64,000 nt of DNA from Escherichia coli (GTDB lineage Bacteria; Pseudomonadota; Gammaproteobacteria; Enterobacterales; Enterobacteriaceae): the NCBI RefSeq assembly GCF_013122565.1, contig NZ_CP053258.1. One strand, 5' to 3'. Below the pieces are notes generated by a model, which was not told the origin of the DNA, made no database searches, and saw only the letters and a program-made list of their open reading frames with translations. Below are positions 39,178-61,659 of the stretch, one piece after another; the stretch's first letter is position 1; each line of letters begins with the position of its first letter. Both the position numbers and the translations under genes were made by a program.

Positions 39178-40340
39178 TTCCCTGAGCTCCTTACTGTCCA
39201 TACACCACTAAGCGGATCTTTTCCTGTTTTTTCCATCGGAAGCCAGGACTGTGTTAATTCACAGAAACGATCGATATTGGCTTCACTCTTAGCACTCATT
39301 TTTAAGGTCAGCGACTTTTGCTTTTGGCTATAATTCGCTTCCATTAACTGCAGTTCAGGATGTTCCAGTAAGAGCGTTTGCAAATGATGGAGCAACGGCA
39401 CAGCTTCAGGATATTGCTGAGCGAGCTGCTGCTTAAAGTAAAAACGAAAGTTGTGGGTGCGTTTGATCTGCGGGAAATAACGTTGCCAGGTTTCTTGCTG
39501 TTGTTGCTGAAGTTGATCTTCAATCTTAAGCGTTTGCCAGAGCGCGATGCCCCGGCTGCCAACAAAAGAAAGAATGGCGAGAACGAGACAGCTTACTGCC
39601 AGGCGGGCGAGCCATTTTCCCGATTTGCTTACAGTTTTCTGTTTACGAAAAACACCATGCAGCATGTCATAGCGCTGGAATGCAATATCGGCAGAATACA
39701 AACTCAGTGATGGTATTTCAGGATGCTGGATAAGTGGATTGGTCGCTGCAACGCCGTGAGGTGCTACACCATAACAAAGCATATTCTCAGGCGGAAACTG
39801 GGCAGCAAGATGCTGTAACCAGTGTTCATCCAGTTCATTGAAGGCATGTGCGGCACTGCGAATAAGCCAGCTTGTTTGCTGGTTAACCAGAGTCCAGCTA
39901 TCTACTTCCCAGGGAAGATAGCAGCCATCTGGCAAAACCCGCGTCACGTTGAGTCCGGCAGTATGTAAACGCTCAAGATAGCGACTGAGTTTCTCCGACT
40001 GAATGCCTATCACCTCGACACTTTCGTTTTGTTTATCGACAACCGTCCAGTGCCAATTTTGGTTGGCGTCGGGTAATGTCTCCTCCGCCAACCACTGTAA
40101 TGTTTGCGCGGTGAGTTTGTATTTGGCGTTGGGCAGCGTGAGGGAACGATATAACAGACCCTCAGGTGGGATCAAAAGGTGAACATTTCCGGCACCAGGC
40201 TGATCGGCCAGCGACTCCAGCGGAAGATCGTCTGTGAGCGTATGTACCGAAGATACGCTATCTGCGGAGAACGTCATCCATTCCCAATGCTTACGCAGCG
40301 TCGAGGAAGAACGTATTACCATCAACGATTCAGGCATCAC
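39174..40340 (-). CDS. gspL: Type II secretion system protein L
   Basis: 388-aa ORF-track protein (or 387 from the second Met). Confidence 0.88.
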   Translation of the reverse strand: MMPESLMVIRSSSTLRKHWEWMTFSADSVSSVHTLTDDLPLESLADQPGAGNVHLLIPPEGLLYRSLTLPNAKYKLTAQTLQWLAEETLPDANQNWHWTVVDKQNESVEVIGIQSEKLSRYLERLHTAGLNVTRVLPDGCYLPWEVDSWTLVNQQTSWLIRSAAHAFNELDEHWLQHLAAQFPPENMLCYGVAPHGVAATNPLIQHPEIPSLSLYSADIAFQRYDMLHGVFRKQKTVSKSGKWLARLAVSCLVLAILSFVGSRGIALWQTLKIEDQLQQQQQETWQRYFPQIKRTHNFRFYFKQQLAQQYPEAVPLLHHLQTLLLEHPELQLMEANYSQKQKSLTLKMSAKSEANIDRFCELTQSWLPMEKTGKDPLSGVWTVRSSGK

Positions 40341-40351
40341 GATCCTTATGA

Positions 40352-41335
40352 TTAGTAGAGTTGCAGCGTACGCCGATAGATTTGGGCGCTCTGCTGTTTA
40401 CGGTTGAAAAAAATATGGCTTTGCCATCCCTGGGATTGTTCGTCGCTGATACTTTCCGTACTCAGCGTAAAATAGCGGCTATAGGGAAAGAGATGCCCTT
40501 TCACCTGAGCAACCAGGGGCTTCACGCCGGAGAAATCCTGCTGCGCCCAGTAAAGAAATGCTTCCGTGGTTAGCCAGCCTTCCCTCGGCTTTTTTTGTAA
40601 TAAGACCCGAGCGTCAGCATCCGTGATGTTATTGAGGAATAACGCTCTGAAGAGCGGAATATCGTTCTCCGTTAGCATATTAAGATTGATGCTAAGTTCC
40701 TTAGTCGGGAGAACGCAGACATACGGGATAAGCCGCTGATAGATGTTTTCGGTTATGCCTTTTATCTGACGCAATTCACCGGTCAGAAAAAGCATCTGAT
40801 TGGCGCTATGGCGAGGCGGCGTCTGGCTTTGGTAAAAGTTATCTTCTGCGCCGTGAAAGCGTGGCGAATCATCGGCATCAATATAGTCAGCGATTGATTG
40901 CACGAGCTCATCGGTGTTTCCGCGATCGATACCGGCGTTAATCAGCAGCGCACTGAATACCTGGGCGGGGAAATCAGGGGAAGCCAGCGGGTCGTCAGAG
41001 ATTTTTGCTAACGCATTGAGATTAAAACAGTGCTGGGCATCGCGTAACTGCCACTTCACTGTATTGCCATCTTCCAGCTGCAACTGTTGTGGCTGTGCCC
41101 AGTACTGCTGCAACGTGGTCTGTCTGTCGTTATCTTTAACGTCCTGGGTGAGGCTGGCAAGCGCAAGTTTCTCCGCCAGTTCAATATCATATTGCCGTTG
41201 CAAATGATGGTTTACCTGGCGGGTTCGCTGAAGCTGGCTGTGAAAACTGAGCGTCATGTCTGCTGCCAGAGCAGCCATGAGCGCCAGTAACATGAGTACA
41301 ATGAGCAGCGCGACGCCGCGTTGTTCATTATTCAT
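40352..41335 (-). CDS. gspK: Type II secretion minor pseudopilin K
   Basis: 327-aa ORF-track protein with N-terminal hydrophobic segment. Confidence 0.9.
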   Translation of the reverse strand: MNNEQRGVALLIVLMLLALMAALAADMTLSFHSQLQRTRQVNHHLQRQYDIELAEKLALASLTQDVKDNDRQTTLQQYWAQPQQLQLEDGNTVKWQLRDAQHCFNLNALAKISDDPLASPDFPAQVFSALLINAGIDRGNTDELVQSIADYIDADDSPRFHGAEDNFYQSQTPPRHSANQMLFLTGELRQIKGITENIYQRLIPYVCVLPTKELSINLNMLTENDIPLFRALFLNNITDADARVLLQKKPREGWLTTEAFLYWAQQDFSGVKPLVAQVKGHLFPYSRYFTLSTESISDEQSQGWQSHIFFNRKQQSAQIYRRTLQLY

Positions 41336-41915
41336 GGTTATTATTCCCGGCCTGCGTCTGAGCTGGCGACTCTTCTCTCGCTAACTGCTCAGGTAATGCA
41401 AAACGGCGCTGTAACACCCCATATTGCTGAGTCTGCAGATGTAACGTGACTGAGAGAGGAAGTTCCTGGCTTTCCCCGCTGTTACTTTCCATAAGAAAGC
41501 TCTCGACATGTTCCAGCATCGCCTGGGCGGGTTGATCCTTCCTGCCATCCACAGAAGTACGAACAGCACGGTAGAGCGTATGATTTCGTAGATACCAGTG
41601 AACTGTGAGTAAGGTTTGTGCTTCACTGAGAGGAGCCAGCGGATCGCGACTTTGCGTGGTAAAAATAGCTTCTTCACCCAACACCATGATCTTGTCCGTA
41701 CTCCGATTCCTCCGGGCGACCAATTGCAGGAGATCGTTATCAAGAATGGTGATGGTGCGCTGTAGCTGATTGAACTGCTGGATTTCTTTCTGTGAACGTT
41801 GATGCAACTCGGAAGCTTGCGAAAAAATCATAAACGCCAGCACGCTAAGCATTGAGAAAATCGCCAGCGCCGCCATGACCTCCAGCAATGTGAAACCCTG
41901 CTGGCGATTAATCAT
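41328..41915 (-). CDS. gspJ: Type II secretion minor pseudopilin J
   Basis: 195-aa ORF-track protein with prepilin-type N-terminus [10 protein letters not shown]. Confidence 0.9.
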   Translation of the reverse strand: MINRQQGFTLLEVMAALAIFSMLSVLAFMIFSQASELHQRSQKEIQQFNQLQRTITILDNDLLQLVARRNRSTDKIMVLGEEAIFTTQSRDPLAPLSEAQTLLTVHWYLRNHTLYRAVRTSVDGRKDQPAQAMLEHVESFLMESNSGESQELPLSVTLHLQTQQYGVLQRRFALPEQLAREESPAQTQAGNNNHE

Positions 41916-42285
41916 CTTGTGCCTGCCCGGATTTATTATCGATGCTTTGATAACGCGTAAGCGAGGTTGTCTGACCGCTGGGTAATGTCACCGTTATGGT
42001 GCGTTCCAGAAGCGTGCCGTCTTTGCTTGAGTGGATATCGCTGCGCCAGTTCCACTCTTCGCCATTTATTAACTCTTTGCCAGAACTGGACGTGTTTTCC
42101 TCGTCGAATGAATCTTGTGACTGAAGCTGGTTATCCGCTATCCACAATGCCAGCGTCTCGTTGCGCATTCGCTCGATGGCATTTCGTTGCCCTTGCATAC
42201 TGCTCATTAAAGTCAGAGCAACAGCGGTGAAAATACTCATCGCCAGTAAGACTTCAAGCAGTGTCATCCCTGATTGTTTGTTCAT
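41908..42285 (-). CDS. gspI: Type II secretion minor pseudopilin I
   Basis: ORF-track frame 41908..42324; start placed at ATG 42285 ([19 protein letters not shown], 125 aa), ATGA overlap with gspH stop. Confidence 0.88.
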   Translation of the reverse strand: MNKQSGMTLLEVLLAMSIFTAVALTLMSSMQGQRNAIERMRNETLALWIADNQLQSQDSFDEENTSSSGKELINGEEWNWRSDIHSSKDGTLLERTITVTLPSGQTTSLTRYQSIDNKSGQAQDD

Positions 42286-42791
42286 GGGCGGGTATCTCTG
42301 GCGAGCGTTTGATCCAGGGGCCATGAGCCTGAACAGACTAACGTCAGGAGCGGCTCACCGGTCCCGGCGTTAGCCATCAACAAAGAGAAGGGCGTGATTT
42401 GTCCGTCGGCCAGAATCACCACCTGTGGCTGGTTGCTGTCATCAGGTTTAAATGGCTGAAGATGAATTGAGAGTTCTTCATCCCAGTCATTTTGGCTCTC
42501 GTCTGCGGCATCTTCTTGTAATGGAACCCAGCGCCAGGCTGATGGTGTTTTGCCCGGTACCATAATGCGCCATGCTGAATCAGAGAAATGGATACCGACA
42601 GGCTGACCACTGAGCGTGGCGCGGTCGATGGCTAATTCAAGTGCAGCGGTAAACCGCGCCGCTGTTTCGCGCGCACGAGTGTTGGCGACATCCTCCCGAC
42701 CATATGTGAAGAGCACCACACTTGCCGTGATAGCGACCAGCGCCAGCACCAGCATCATCTCCAGCAGGGTAAACCCGCGTTGCTGATTCAT
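42282..42791 (-). CDS. gspH: Type II secretion minor pseudopilin H
   Basis: 169-aa ORF-track protein with prepilin-type N-terminus [10 protein letters not shown]. Confidence 0.9.
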   Translation of the reverse strand: MNQQRGFTLLEMMLVLALVAITASVVLFTYGREDVANTRARETAARFTAALELAIDRATLSGQPVGIHFSDSAWRIMVPGKTPSAWRWVPLQEDAADESQNDWDEELSIHLQPFKPDDSNQPQVVILADGQITPFSLLMANAGTGEPLLTLVCSGSWPLDQTLARDTRP

Positions 42792-42798
42792 CGCTGAC

Positions 42799-43236
42799 TT
42801 ACTTTTTCTTCTTGCTCAAACCCCAGTTGGTGATGTCGTCCTCGGTTCCCATTTCACCATCGGGCCCTGCTGAAAGCAGATCGTATGCACCATGTTCACC
42901 AGGATTAACGAGGACATAATCATTGCCCCAGGGATCGGCAGGCAGACGCTTGATATAACCTTCCTTGTTATAGTTTGCGGCCAGCGGTGGCAGTGTCGGC
43001 GCTTCGACTAAGGATTCAAGCCCCTGATTTGTGGTTGGATAGCGATGATTGTCGAGTTTGTACATATCAAGGGCGTTTTCCAGCGCCACAATATCGCTGA
43101 CGGCTTTTTGCTTATCCGCCTTTTCTTTATTGCCCATTAGGTTAGGAACCACCAGGCTGGCAAGTACGCCGATAATGACGATCACCACCATAATTTCCAG
43201 TAATGTAAAACCGCGTTGCTTATCCGTTGCGCGCAT
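42799..43236 (-). CDS. gspG: Type II secretion major pseudopilin G
   Basis: 145-aa ORF-track protein, prepilin N-terminus [21 protein letters not shown]. Confidence 0.93.
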   Translation of the reverse strand: MRATDKQRGFTLLEIMVVIVIIGVLASLVVPNLMGNKEKADKQKAVSDIVALENALDMYKLDNHRYPTTNQGLESLVEAPTLPPLAANYNKEGYIKRLPADPWGNDYVLVNPGEHGAYDLLSAGPDGEMGTEDDITNWGLSKKKK

Positions 43237-43245
43237 ATGCTTTCC

Positions 43246-44442
43246 TTAATTAATCAATGAGTTAAGTTGAAGAAGAGGTTGGAGTACCGACACGACAATA
43301 AACAGGACGATCAGTGCCATCGTAATAATGAGTGCTGGCTCGAAGATGGAGAGCGTTAAGGCGATCCGATTTTGTTGGAGTGTCTCTTGGTTATCTGCGG
43401 CTCTGACCATTAATGTGCCGAGCTGCCCGCTTTTTTCGCCAGAGGCCACCATGTAGAGCATCATCGGCGGGAAAATTGCGGTTTGTTCCAGCGAAAGATG
43501 AATGCTGTTACCCTGGCGAACGTTTTCTGCCGCATTTGCCAGACGCTGGCGAATTTCGAGGTTGCTGAGGCTTTCGGTGGACAAATTCATCCCATCCAGC
43601 AGAGGGACGCCGCTGGATTGCAAAATACTTAAAGTGCGGAGATAGCGTGCACTGTTAATGGCGCAAATCAGCGGGCCGATGAGCGCAACGCGCAGCAACA
43701 TGGCATGAAAACGGTGGCGGTTATTGCCGCGTTTTAACCAGAGCCAGAAACCTAAAGCGACAATAAACACTGTCGCTAATAATGTCGGGCCGGTACGTTG
43801 CAACGTGTCGCTCAGACCTAAAAGAATGCGTGTACTCATCGGCAGTTGCTGCTTCATATGCACGAACTGTTCGGTAATTTTGGGCACGACAGCAGTGAGG
43901 AGAATAATCACGACCACAATCGCCACCATAGTGAGCATGCAGGGGTAGATCATTGACTGAATGAGCTTATTGCGTATTTTCTGTCGGTTTTCATTGTAAT
44001 CAGCCAGCTTTTCCAACACCGGGGCCAGCAGCCCGCTTTTTTCGCCCGCTTTAACCAGGGTACGATAGAGCGAATCGAAAAGCGTGGGAAAATGCTGTAA
44101 TGCATCGGAAAGGGGATGCCCTTCAAGGATGGCGCTGCGTACTTGATTCAACACGTAAGCCAGTCGTTTATTACTACTTTGTTGACCAATTACGGCAAGG
44201 CTCTCTTCCAGGGGTAATGCCGCCGCGCTTAAGGTTGCCAACTGCCGGGTGAAAAGCGTCAGTTCACTATGGCTGATCCTCGGGCTACGTGTTTTTACTC
44301 CCGAACTTTTTTGGGGGCGAATATCCAGCAGGAAAAGCCCTTCTTCACGCAGCCGCAGTCGTGCCTGACGTTCATCGTTAGCATCAATGATCCCTTGCAA
44401 TTTTTGACCATCCTGGGTCATGGCGCGATAGCGATAATTCAT
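43246..44442 (-). CDS. gspF: Type II secretion inner-membrane platform protein F
   Basis: 398-aa ORF-track polytopic membrane protein. Confidence 0.93.
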   Translation of the reverse strand: MNYRYRAMTQDGQKLQGIIDANDERQARLRLREEGLFLLDIRPQKSSGVKTRSPRISHSELTLFTRQLATLSAAALPLEESLAVIGQQSSNKRLAYVLNQVRSAILEGHPLSDALQHFPTLFDSLYRTLVKAGEKSGLLAPVLEKLADYNENRQKIRNKLIQSMIYPCMLTMVAIVVVIILLTAVVPKITEQFVHMKQQLPMSTRILLGLSDTLQRTGPTLLATVFIVALGFWLWLKRGNNRHRFHAMLLRVALIGPLICAINSARYLRTLSILQSSGVPLLDGMNLSTESLSNLEIRQRLANAAENVRQGNSIHLSLEQTAIFPPMMLYMVASGEKSGQLGTLMVRAADNQETLQQNRIALTLSIFEPALIITMALIVLFIVVSVLQPLLQLNSLIN

Positions 44443-45920
44443 GCTTCGCTCTCCAGTGTGGCGCTGGCGACGCGCATAACCTCATCCCAGGAGGTGTCAC
44501 CGTTTATCACTTTTTGCAGGCCATTTTTGATTAAGGCATTGTGTTGTTGCCGGACCAGTCGCTCCAGTGCTTGTTCATCCACATTTTCATGAATAGCGGC
44601 CCGCAATTCCGGCGTCACCACCATCATTTCGTGGATCGCCATGCGCCCCTGATAGCCGGATTGATGGCAATGAGGGCAGCCTACGGGAGTGCCAATTGTT
44701 GTCACCGCGAGCTGATGATATTTAAACATCTGCGCTTGTTGAGGGGATACGGGCGCGAATTGTCGGCATTGCGGACACAGACGACGAACTAGACGTTGCG
44801 CGATAATCCCTGCCAGTGAAGACGAAAGCAGGAATGATTCGACGCCCATGTCGCGGAGCCGGGTCACTGCGCCTGATGCACTGTTAGTGTGGAGTGTTGA
44901 GAGTACCAGATGGCCTGTGAGCGAGGCCTGAACCGCAATTTGCGCGGTTTCTGTATCACGAATTTCCCCCACCATGACGACATCCGGGTCCTGGCGAAGT
45001 ATGGCGCGCAGGCCGCGAGCGAAAGACATATCCACACGGGTATTCACCTGCGTTTGTCCTATGCCTTCCAGTTCATATTCCACGGGATCTTCTACCGTCA
45101 GAATATTGCGGCCGGGAGTATTCAGCGCCGAAAGAATGGCGTAGAGCGTGGTACTTTTACCGGAGCCTGTCGGTCCGGTCACCAGGATAATACCGTGTGG
45201 AAGCTGGATGAGATTTTCTAAATCCTGCTTATCCGCTGCCGTCATCCCCAGGTTGTTCAATGAAAGCTGGAGGCTGTTTTTATCCAGCAGACGGAGCACG
45301 GCACGTTCACCATAGATGGACGGCAGTGTGGATACGCGGACATCTATGTTACGTCGCCCGATACGCAAACTGATTCTTCCATCCTGTGGAATACGTTTTT
45401 CGGCGATATCAAGACGAGCCATGACCTTAATTCGGGAGATAAGCAGTGCCGCCAGTTTTTTGTTTGGCTGTAAAATTGTCCGCAGAACGCCGTCGATGCG
45501 AAAACGGATCGACATTGTTTTTTCATAGGTTTCAATGTGGATATCGGAGGCAGTTTCTTTGATGGCCTCACTCAAAATCGCATTGATCAAGCGGATAACC
45601 GGTGCCGCTGAATCTTCATTCAGGAGATCTTCATTTGCGGGCATCTCTTCCGAAAGCGAGAGAAGATCGACGGATTGATCGATATCCTGCGCAATCTGTT
45701 GCGACTCACCGGTATTCTGATGGAACACCGCTTCCAGCCGGGCTTCAAAATCAGCCTGTGACAAACTGGTCATGGTCTGGCACTGGCCAACCTGACGTTG
45801 AATATCGAGTAACCGCTCGAATGGCGTATCGGCGAGATAAATAATCTCGCCCTCTGAGTAGAGATAACCAATTCGTTGTGCCAGCGCCCAACTGGCTGGG
45901 TACGGTGAGTGAATTCTCAT
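44439..45920 (-). CDS. gspE: Type II secretion ATPase E
   Basis: 493-aa ORF-track protein with Walker [10 protein letters not shown] and C-terminal tetracysteine CPQC...CPHC. Confidence 0.95.
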   Translation of the reverse strand: MRIHSPYPASWALAQRIGYLYSEGEIIYLADTPFERLLDIQRQVGQCQTMTSLSQADFEARLEAVFHQNTGESQQIAQDIDQSVDLLSLSEEMPANEDLLNEDSAAPVIRLINAILSEAIKETASDIHIETYEKTMSIRFRIDGVLRTILQPNKKLAALLISRIKVMARLDIAEKRIPQDGRISLRIGRRNIDVRVSTLPSIYGERAVLRLLDKNSLQLSLNNLGMTAADKQDLENLIQLPHGIILVTGPTGSGKSTTLYAILSALNTPGRNILTVEDPVEYELEGIGQTQVNTRVDMSFARGLRAILRQDPDVVMVGEIRDTETAQIAVQASLTGHLVLSTLHTNSASGAVTRLRDMGVESFLLSSSLAGIIAQRLVRRLCPQCRQFAPVSPQQAQMFKYHQLAVTTIGTPVGCPHCHQSGYQGRMAIHEMMVVTPELRAAIHENVDEQALERLVRQQHNALIKNGLQKVINGDTSWDEVMRVASATLESEA

Positions 45921-45929
45921 CAGAATGCC

Positions 45930-47894
45930 TTACCGTGACGATGGCGCAGGGGCGTGACTGTTGAACGTGTTCTCATCCAGCACCGGCAAATCTTCCGAGC
46001 CAACCAGCGCTTTTGATTTCCCGTCGATTCGCAGCTGCTGCTCCTGACGGTAGCGGGTGTATTTCTCTTTTGACAGTGAGCGATAAACATCATCGTCACG
46101 GATAATCGTCGGGCGGATAAATACCATCAGGTTGCGTTTAGCGCGCTCGGTCGAGGTATAGCGAAAGAGTTGCCCCACTAAAGGAATATCGCCAAGCAGA
46201 GGAACCTTTGACACTTGCTCTTTAGAAAAATCATCCAGCAATCCGCCCAGGACCACCGTTTCACCGGTTTTAACCAGCACGGCGTTTTGAATAGTACGGG
46301 TGTTAAATGTCGGGCCGAGCGTCGAATTAGACGAAGAGTCAACGCTGGAAACCTCCTGCTCTATTTCGAGCAGTACCGCGTCGCCTTCATTGACCTGCGG
46401 AGTGACTTTGAGTTTTGTGCCCACCGTTTTGCGTTCGACGGTATTAAAGACATTATCCCCAGAAGTGGTCTGAGAGCCGGATAGCACCGGCACATCCTGG
46501 CCAACGTTGAAGGACGCGAGTTTATTATCCAGCGTTACGATGCTCGGGGTGGCGAGGATGTCATTTTTATTGTTACTGGCCAGCGCGGTAAGCAGTACGC
46601 CCCAGTCGCCATTGAAGAAGCCTGCGGCCATGCCGTTGTAGGCGCTAAACATATCCCAGGCAGGATTCGCGCTGGTGATCCCACCATTCTTTTTATAATC
46701 AGCCACACCTTGCGCAGCGTTAAAAATCGGTAATCCGGTATTGGTAAATTGCTGTGCGCCAACGTTTTTATTTGCCCATTGCACGCCGAGGTTGAGTCCA
46801 TTTCCATCCTGAACTTCGACGATGATTGCCTCAACCAGCACCTGTGCACGGCGAATATCCAGACGCGCAATTACCGTGGCGAGTTTTTCCTGGACGGACT
46901 GGTCAGCGGTAATGACCAACGAGTTGGTCTGTTCATCGGCGGTAATAGCCACATTATCCATCGCAGAAGTAGAAGAAGGCTTACGCGAATTCCCTTTTTC
47001 ATCTTTCAGCTTTTCGGAAACACCGGTTAGCACTTCCACCAGATTCGTGGCCTTGGCATATTTCAGGTAATAGACCCGGGTATTTCCTTCCTCGCTCTCT
47101 TCTACATCAAGGCTTTTCAGTAATGAAGTGATGCGCTGGCGTGCTTTTTCCGGCCCGCTGATGATAAGAGAGTTGGTTCGCTTATCCGCCACAATCTTCG
47201 CGGAAAGGAGGGCAGGCATCTGGCTTTTACCGTGGCTTTCGCTGATTAATTGATTAAGAATCTCGGCGAGATCTTCCGCTGACGCATATTCCAGATGAAT
47301 AATTTGCTGCTTCTCTGTGCCGATGACATCAACGCGCTTTATGACTTCAATCAGTTTATTAATGGTGGAGGCACGACCGGTCAGAATAAGAACGTTGGAG
47401 GGTTCATAATGCACAACATTACCGACGCTACCCGCATCCATCATCTGGCGCAGCAGGGGAGCCAGGTCACGAGCAGGAACGTTCTCAAGCGGTACGATTC
47501 GGGTGACCAACTCATCACCTACGCCTGGACGAGAACTGTCAGCAATCATCCCTGGCGATGTTTTTACATTAGCTGAGCGCACCACTTTCAGAAAACCATT
47601 GTCCAGCGTGATCACGGTATAACCGTAAAGATCAAGAATACTTAAAAAGAACTGGTAGTACTCCTGTTGGCTAAACGTATCATTACTGCGTACGGAAATG
47701 GTTCCCTGTACCGAAGGGTCGATCAGGATCGTTTTGCCAAGATGCTGACCCACTATTTCCACGAACTGGCGAATATCGGCGTTATTGAAGTTAGCGCCGT
47801 ATTGTTCGTTCTCAGAGTGCCCTGTACCAGGCATGAGTAGTGCTGCCAGCAAGCAGCAGGTGATTTTATTGAGTCCCTTCATTACGCTGTCCAT
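45930..47894 (-). CDS. gspD: Type II secretion outer-membrane secretin D
   Basis: 654-aa ORF-track protein with signal peptide; first ATG has AGGA 6 nt upstream; alternative start at 47882 gives 650 aa. Confidence 0.92.
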   Translation of the reverse strand: MDSVMKGLNKITCCLLAALLMPGTGHSENEQYGANFNNADIRQFVEIVGQHLGKTILIDPSVQGTISVRSNDTFSQQEYYQFFLSILDLYGYTVITLDNGFLKVVRSANVKTSPGMIADSSRPGVGDELVTRIVPLENVPARDLAPLLRQMMDAGSVGNVVHYEPSNVLILTGRASTINKLIEVIKRVDVIGTEKQQIIHLEYASAEDLAEILNQLISESHGKSQMPALLSAKIVADKRTNSLIISGPEKARQRITSLLKSLDVEESEEGNTRVYYLKYAKATNLVEVLTGVSEKLKDEKGNSRKPSSTSAMDNVAITADEQTNSLVITADQSVQEKLATVIARLDIRRAQVLVEAIIVEVQDGNGLNLGVQWANKNVGAQQFTNTGLPIFNAAQGVADYKKNGGITSANPAWDMFSAYNGMAAGFFNGDWGVLLTALASNNKNDILATPSIVTLDNKLASFNVGQDVPVLSGSQTTSGDNVFNTVERKTVGTKLKVTPQVNEGDAVLLEIEQEVSSVDSSSNSTLGPTFNTRTIQNAVLVKTGETVVLGGLLDDFSKEQVSKVPLLGDIPLVGQLFRYTSTERAKRNLMVFIRPTIIRDDDVYRSLSKEKYTRYRQEQQLRIDGKSKALVGSEDLPVLDENTFNSHAPAPSSR

Positions 47895-48681
47895 TCATTC
47901 CTGTAAGTTCCCCGACGGAAACATTTATCAAACGGGGTACGCCGTTGCGACGAATTGTAAACTGAGCACTTTGTTGAGTTAGCAGTAAACTTAATGCCTG
48001 TGAAACCTCATCAGGGTGGGTCAGCGAAAGATTATTGATCCTGAGGGCGATATCCCCTGGTTGTAGCAAGCTGGTGGTAAATGCATTGAGGCCCTTACGA
48101 GGGTTCAATCGAAGCCCGTATATCTGTTCTCCATCACGTATAGGCGTGGCGATAATATAATCAGCGAGTACATTTTGACTTTCCGAATCAGGCTGCTTGA
48201 TGATGTCAGGTAGCCCTGGATGGAGAGTTACTTTTTCGTAATGCCCGTGAGTTTCAAACACAACGCTGGTTTTATTTATTTTTCTAATAAACGTTCCCGG
48301 CGCTGACTCAAGGGCTTCGTTGAGGGCGTATCGCTTTTGCTCGCCCCCCTCATTAATTAAGACAAAAGAAGTCTCATCATTCGATGTGAGTACAATGCCA
48401 TTAAGCGCTATAGAGAGCTTAGGTGTTTCCTGATTAACTGCCACAGGATTTGCATCTTTTACCCCAGCATGATTTTCGTTACGCCATAAAGCGGCAAGGC
48501 TGAACTCAGACTGAAATGCATTTGTTGGTTGATTAATGATCTGTCCATTTTTAACTATAGTTGTATGGAAATAATTCACATTAAAAATAATCAGCCCTAT
48601 GCTTATAAATATAATCAATATATTGATGGCAGCATCTTTATTATGATTCGCCAGATGGAAGGGGAAACGTAGTGTGGGCAC
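47866..48681 (-). CDS. gspC: Type II secretion system protein C
   Basis: 271-aa ORF-track protein with one N-terminal TM segment; first gene of the gspC-O operon. Confidence 0.9.
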   Translation of the reverse strand: MPTLRFPFHLANHNKDAAINILIIFISIGLIIFNVNYFHTTIVKNGQIINQPTNAFQSEFSLAALWRNENHAGVKDANPVAVNQETPKLSIALNGIVLTSNDETSFVLINEGGEQKRYALNEALESAPGTFIRKINKTSVVFETHGHYEKVTLHPGLPDIIKQPDSESQNVLADYIIATPIRDGEQIYGLRLNPRKGLNAFTTSLLQPGDIALRINNLSLTHPDEVSQALSLLLTQQSAQFTIRRNGVPRLINVSVGELTGMNGQRNEGTQ

Positions 48682-48860
48682 GATGTATGTTCTAATAAAA
48701 TAGATTGGGTGGGTTGTATATTGACGTTAGTATAAATAGTATTAATGCCGCTTGCATGAATCAAGCAAAATTTATTTATATTAGTAATATGTATTTAATT
48801 AATAAATGCATACATTATTTTTATGATTAAGGATAATCAATAATTAAAACAGGAAGTTCT

Positions 48861-50330
48861 ATGTCTACGAGAAGAGAAGTTATTCTTGCCTGGTTGCGTG
48901 AGAAACGTCAGACCTGGCGTCTGTGCTATTTGTTGGGTGAGGCTGGAAGTGGAAAAACCTGGCTGGCGCAGCAATTACAAAAAGATAAACATCGCCGTGT
49001 GATTACTTTAAGCCTCGTTGTTTCCTGGCAAGGTAAGGCCGCATGGATCGTTACCGACGATAACGCGGCTGAACAGGGCTGCCGTGACAGCGCCTGGACG
49101 CGAGATGAGATGGCGGGGCAATTACTGCATGCGCTTCATCGAACTGATAGTCGCTGCCCTCTTATTATTATTGAAAATGCTCACCTGAATCACCGCCGGA
49201 TACTTGATGATCTCCAACGCGCGATATCTCTTATTCCTGACGGTCAATTTTTGCTGATCGGCAGACCCGATCGAAAAGTCGAACGTGATTTTAAAAAACA
49301 GGGCATTGAACTTGTCTCGACAGGACGTCTAACGGAGCACGAACTTAAGGCTAGTATCCTTGAAGGTCAGAATATTGACCAACCCGATCTCCTTTTAACC
49401 GCCAGTGTTCTGAAACGAATAGCTTTATTATGTCGGGGCGATCGCAGAAAGCTGGCGCTTGCCGGCGAAACAATTAGCTTATTACAGCAAGCCGAGCAGA
49501 CCAGCGTTTTCACAGCAAAACAATGGCGAATGATTTACCGCATATTGGGTGATAACCGCCCCCGGAAAATGCAGCTTGCCGTGGTAATGAGTGGAACCAT
49601 TATCGCTATTACCTGTGGTTGGCTACTGCTGTCCTCTTTCACAGCTCCGTTCCCCGTTCCTGCGTGGCTGGTACCCGTAACGCCAGTAGTTAAACAAGAT
49701 ATGACTAAGGATATTGCTCATGTGGTGATGCGCGATAGTGAGGCGCTAAGCGTGTTATACGGCGTATGGGGGTACGAGGTCCCAGCTGATTCGGCCTGGT
49801 GCGATCAGGCAGTAAGAGCGGGGCTGGCATGTAAAAGTGGGAATGCTTCTTTACAAACATTGGTAGATCAGAATTTGCCCTGGATCGCATCGCTTAAAGT
49901 CGGGGACAAAAAATTGCCTGTTGTGGTCGTTCGCGTCGGTGAGGCTACCGTTGATGTCCTCGTAGGTCAGCAAACGTGGACGCTGACACATAAATGGTTT
50001 GAGTCGGTATGGACGGGTGATTATCTTCTGTTGTGGAAAATGTCGCCGGAAGGGGAGAGTACCATTACGCGTGATAGCAGCGAGGAAGAGATTCTCTGGC
50101 TGGAAACGATGTTAAACCGTGCATTGCATATTTCGACAGAACCTTCGGCGGAGTGGCGTCCCTTGTTGGTAGAAAAAATAAAGCAATTTCAAAAAAGCCA
50201 CCACTTGAAAACTGACGGTGTTGTTGGCTTTTCAACCTTAGTACATCTCTGGCAGGTGGCAGGGGAGAGTGCCTACTTATATCGGGATGAAGCAAATATT
50301 TCCCCGGAAACAACAGTGAAGGGGAAATGA
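48861..50330 (+). CDS. gspA: Type II secretion accessory protein A (ExeA-like AAA ATPase with periplasmic domain)
   Basis: 489-aa ORF-track protein; Walker A GEAGSGKT; divergent from gspC. Confidence 0.92.
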   Translation: MSTRREVILAWLREKRQTWRLCYLLGEAGSGKTWLAQQLQKDKHRRVITLSLVVSWQGKAAWIVTDDNAAEQGCRDSAWTRDEMAGQLLHALHRTDSRCPLIIIENAHLNHRRILDDLQRAISLIPDGQFLLIGRPDRKVERDFKKQGIELVSTGRLTEHELKASILEGQNIDQPDLLLTASVLKRIALLCRGDRRKLALAGETISLLQQAEQTSVFTAKQWRMIYRILGDNRPRKMQLAVVMSGTIIAITCGWLLLSSFTAPFPVPAWLVPVTPVVKQDMTKDIAHVVMRDSEALSVLYGVWGYEVPADSAWCDQAVRAGLACKSGNASLQTLVDQNLPWIASLKVGDKKLPVVVVRVGEATVDVLVGQQTWTLTHKWFESVWTGDYLLLWKMSPEGESTITRDSSEEEILWLETMLNRALHISTEPSAEWRPLLVEKIKQFQKSHHLKTDGVVGFSTLVHLWQVAGESAYLYRDEANISPETTVKGK

Positions 50331-50331
50331 C

Positions 50332-50751
50332 ATGTTTGAATTCTATATCGCCGCGCGTGAGCAGAAAGAAACAGGTCACCCTGGTATCTTCTCCCGACAA
50401 AAACACAGCACCATAATATATGTCATTTGTTTATTACTGATTTGCCTGTGGTTTGCAGGAATGGTGCTGGTTGGTGGGTATGCCAGGCAGCTATGGGTGC
50501 TTTGGATAGTAAAAGCAGAAGTCACTGTAGAGGCTGAAACGCCCGCTTTTAAACAATCAACACAACACTATTTCTTCAAAAAACAGCCACTCCCCGTCGT
50601 CGAATCCGTCGAGGAGGAAGATGATCCAGGCGTCGCGGTTGAGAATGCCCCCTCTTCTTCTGAAGACGAAGAAAATACTGTGGAAGAAAGCGACGAGAAA
50701 GCCGGTTTAAGAGAGCGTGTTAAAAATGCGCTGAACGAACTTGAGAGATAA
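50332..50751 (+). CDS. gspB: Type II secretion accessory protein B (ExeB-like)
   Basis: 139-aa ORF-track protein with single TM segment and acidic C-terminus. Confidence 0.88.
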   Translation: MFEFYIAAREQKETGHPGIFSRQKHSTIIYVICLLLICLWFAGMVLVGGYARQLWVLWIVKAEVTVEAETPAFKQSTQHYFFKKQPLPVVESVEEEDDPGVAVENAPSSSEDEENTVEESDEKAGLRERVKNALNELER

Positions 50752-50783
50752 CCCGAAGGCTGTTTACTTTACTAGCAATACGC

Positions 50784-50811
50784 TTGCGTTCGGTGGTTAA
50801 GTATGTATAAT
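50784..50811 (+). promoter_or_regulatory. S10 operon promoter (-35 TTGCGT, 16-bp spacer, -10 TATAAT)
   Basis: Hexamers at 50784..50789 and 50806..50811; predicted transcript start about 170 nt upstream of rpsJ. Confidence 0.7.
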
Positions 50812-50817
50812 GCGCGG

Positions 50818-51300
<483 letters not shown>

Positions 51301-51320
51301 TCAGGTCATTGAGCGATTGA

Positions 51321-53716
<2,396 letters not shown>

Positions 53717-53729
53717 TTTTAGAGGATAA

Positions 53730-54011
<282 letters not shown>

Positions 54012-54016
54012 GGTAG

Positions 54017-55945
<1,929 letters not shown>

Positions 55946-55970
55946 TACAGTACACTCTCTCGATACGAAT

Positions 55971-56002
55971 AAACGGCTCAGAAATGAGCCGTTTATTTTT
56001 TC
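55971..56002 (+). terminator. Intrinsic terminator at the end of the S10 operon
   Basis: Stem aaacggctca/tgagccgttt, loop gaaa, followed by attttttct. Confidence 0.85.
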
Positions 56003-56022
56003 TACCCATATCCTTGAAGCGG

Positions 56023-56031
56023 TGTTATAAT
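56023..56031 (+). promoter_or_regulatory. spc operon promoter, extended -10 (TGtTATAAT)
   Basis: TGnTATAAT about 78 bp upstream of rplN; no good -35 at 16-18 bp spacing. Confidence 0.5.
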
Positions 56032-56097
56032 GCCGCGCCCTCGATATGGGGATTTTTAACGACCTGATTTTCGGGTCTCAGTAGTAGTTGACATTAG

Positions 56098-57360
<1,263 letters not shown>

Positions 57361-57371
57361 GGTAGGGTTAC

Positions 57372-57680
<309 letters not shown>

Positions 57681-57707
57681 TTGTCACCAATTGAATCACG
57701 GGAGTAA

Positions 57708-59015
<1,308 letters not shown>

Positions 59016-59020
59016 GGTAG

Positions 59021-60154
<1,134 letters not shown>

Positions 60155-60161
60155 GTAGCAG

Positions 60162-61641
<1,480 letters not shown>

Positions 61642-61659
61642 TTTTTTCGCATATTTTTC

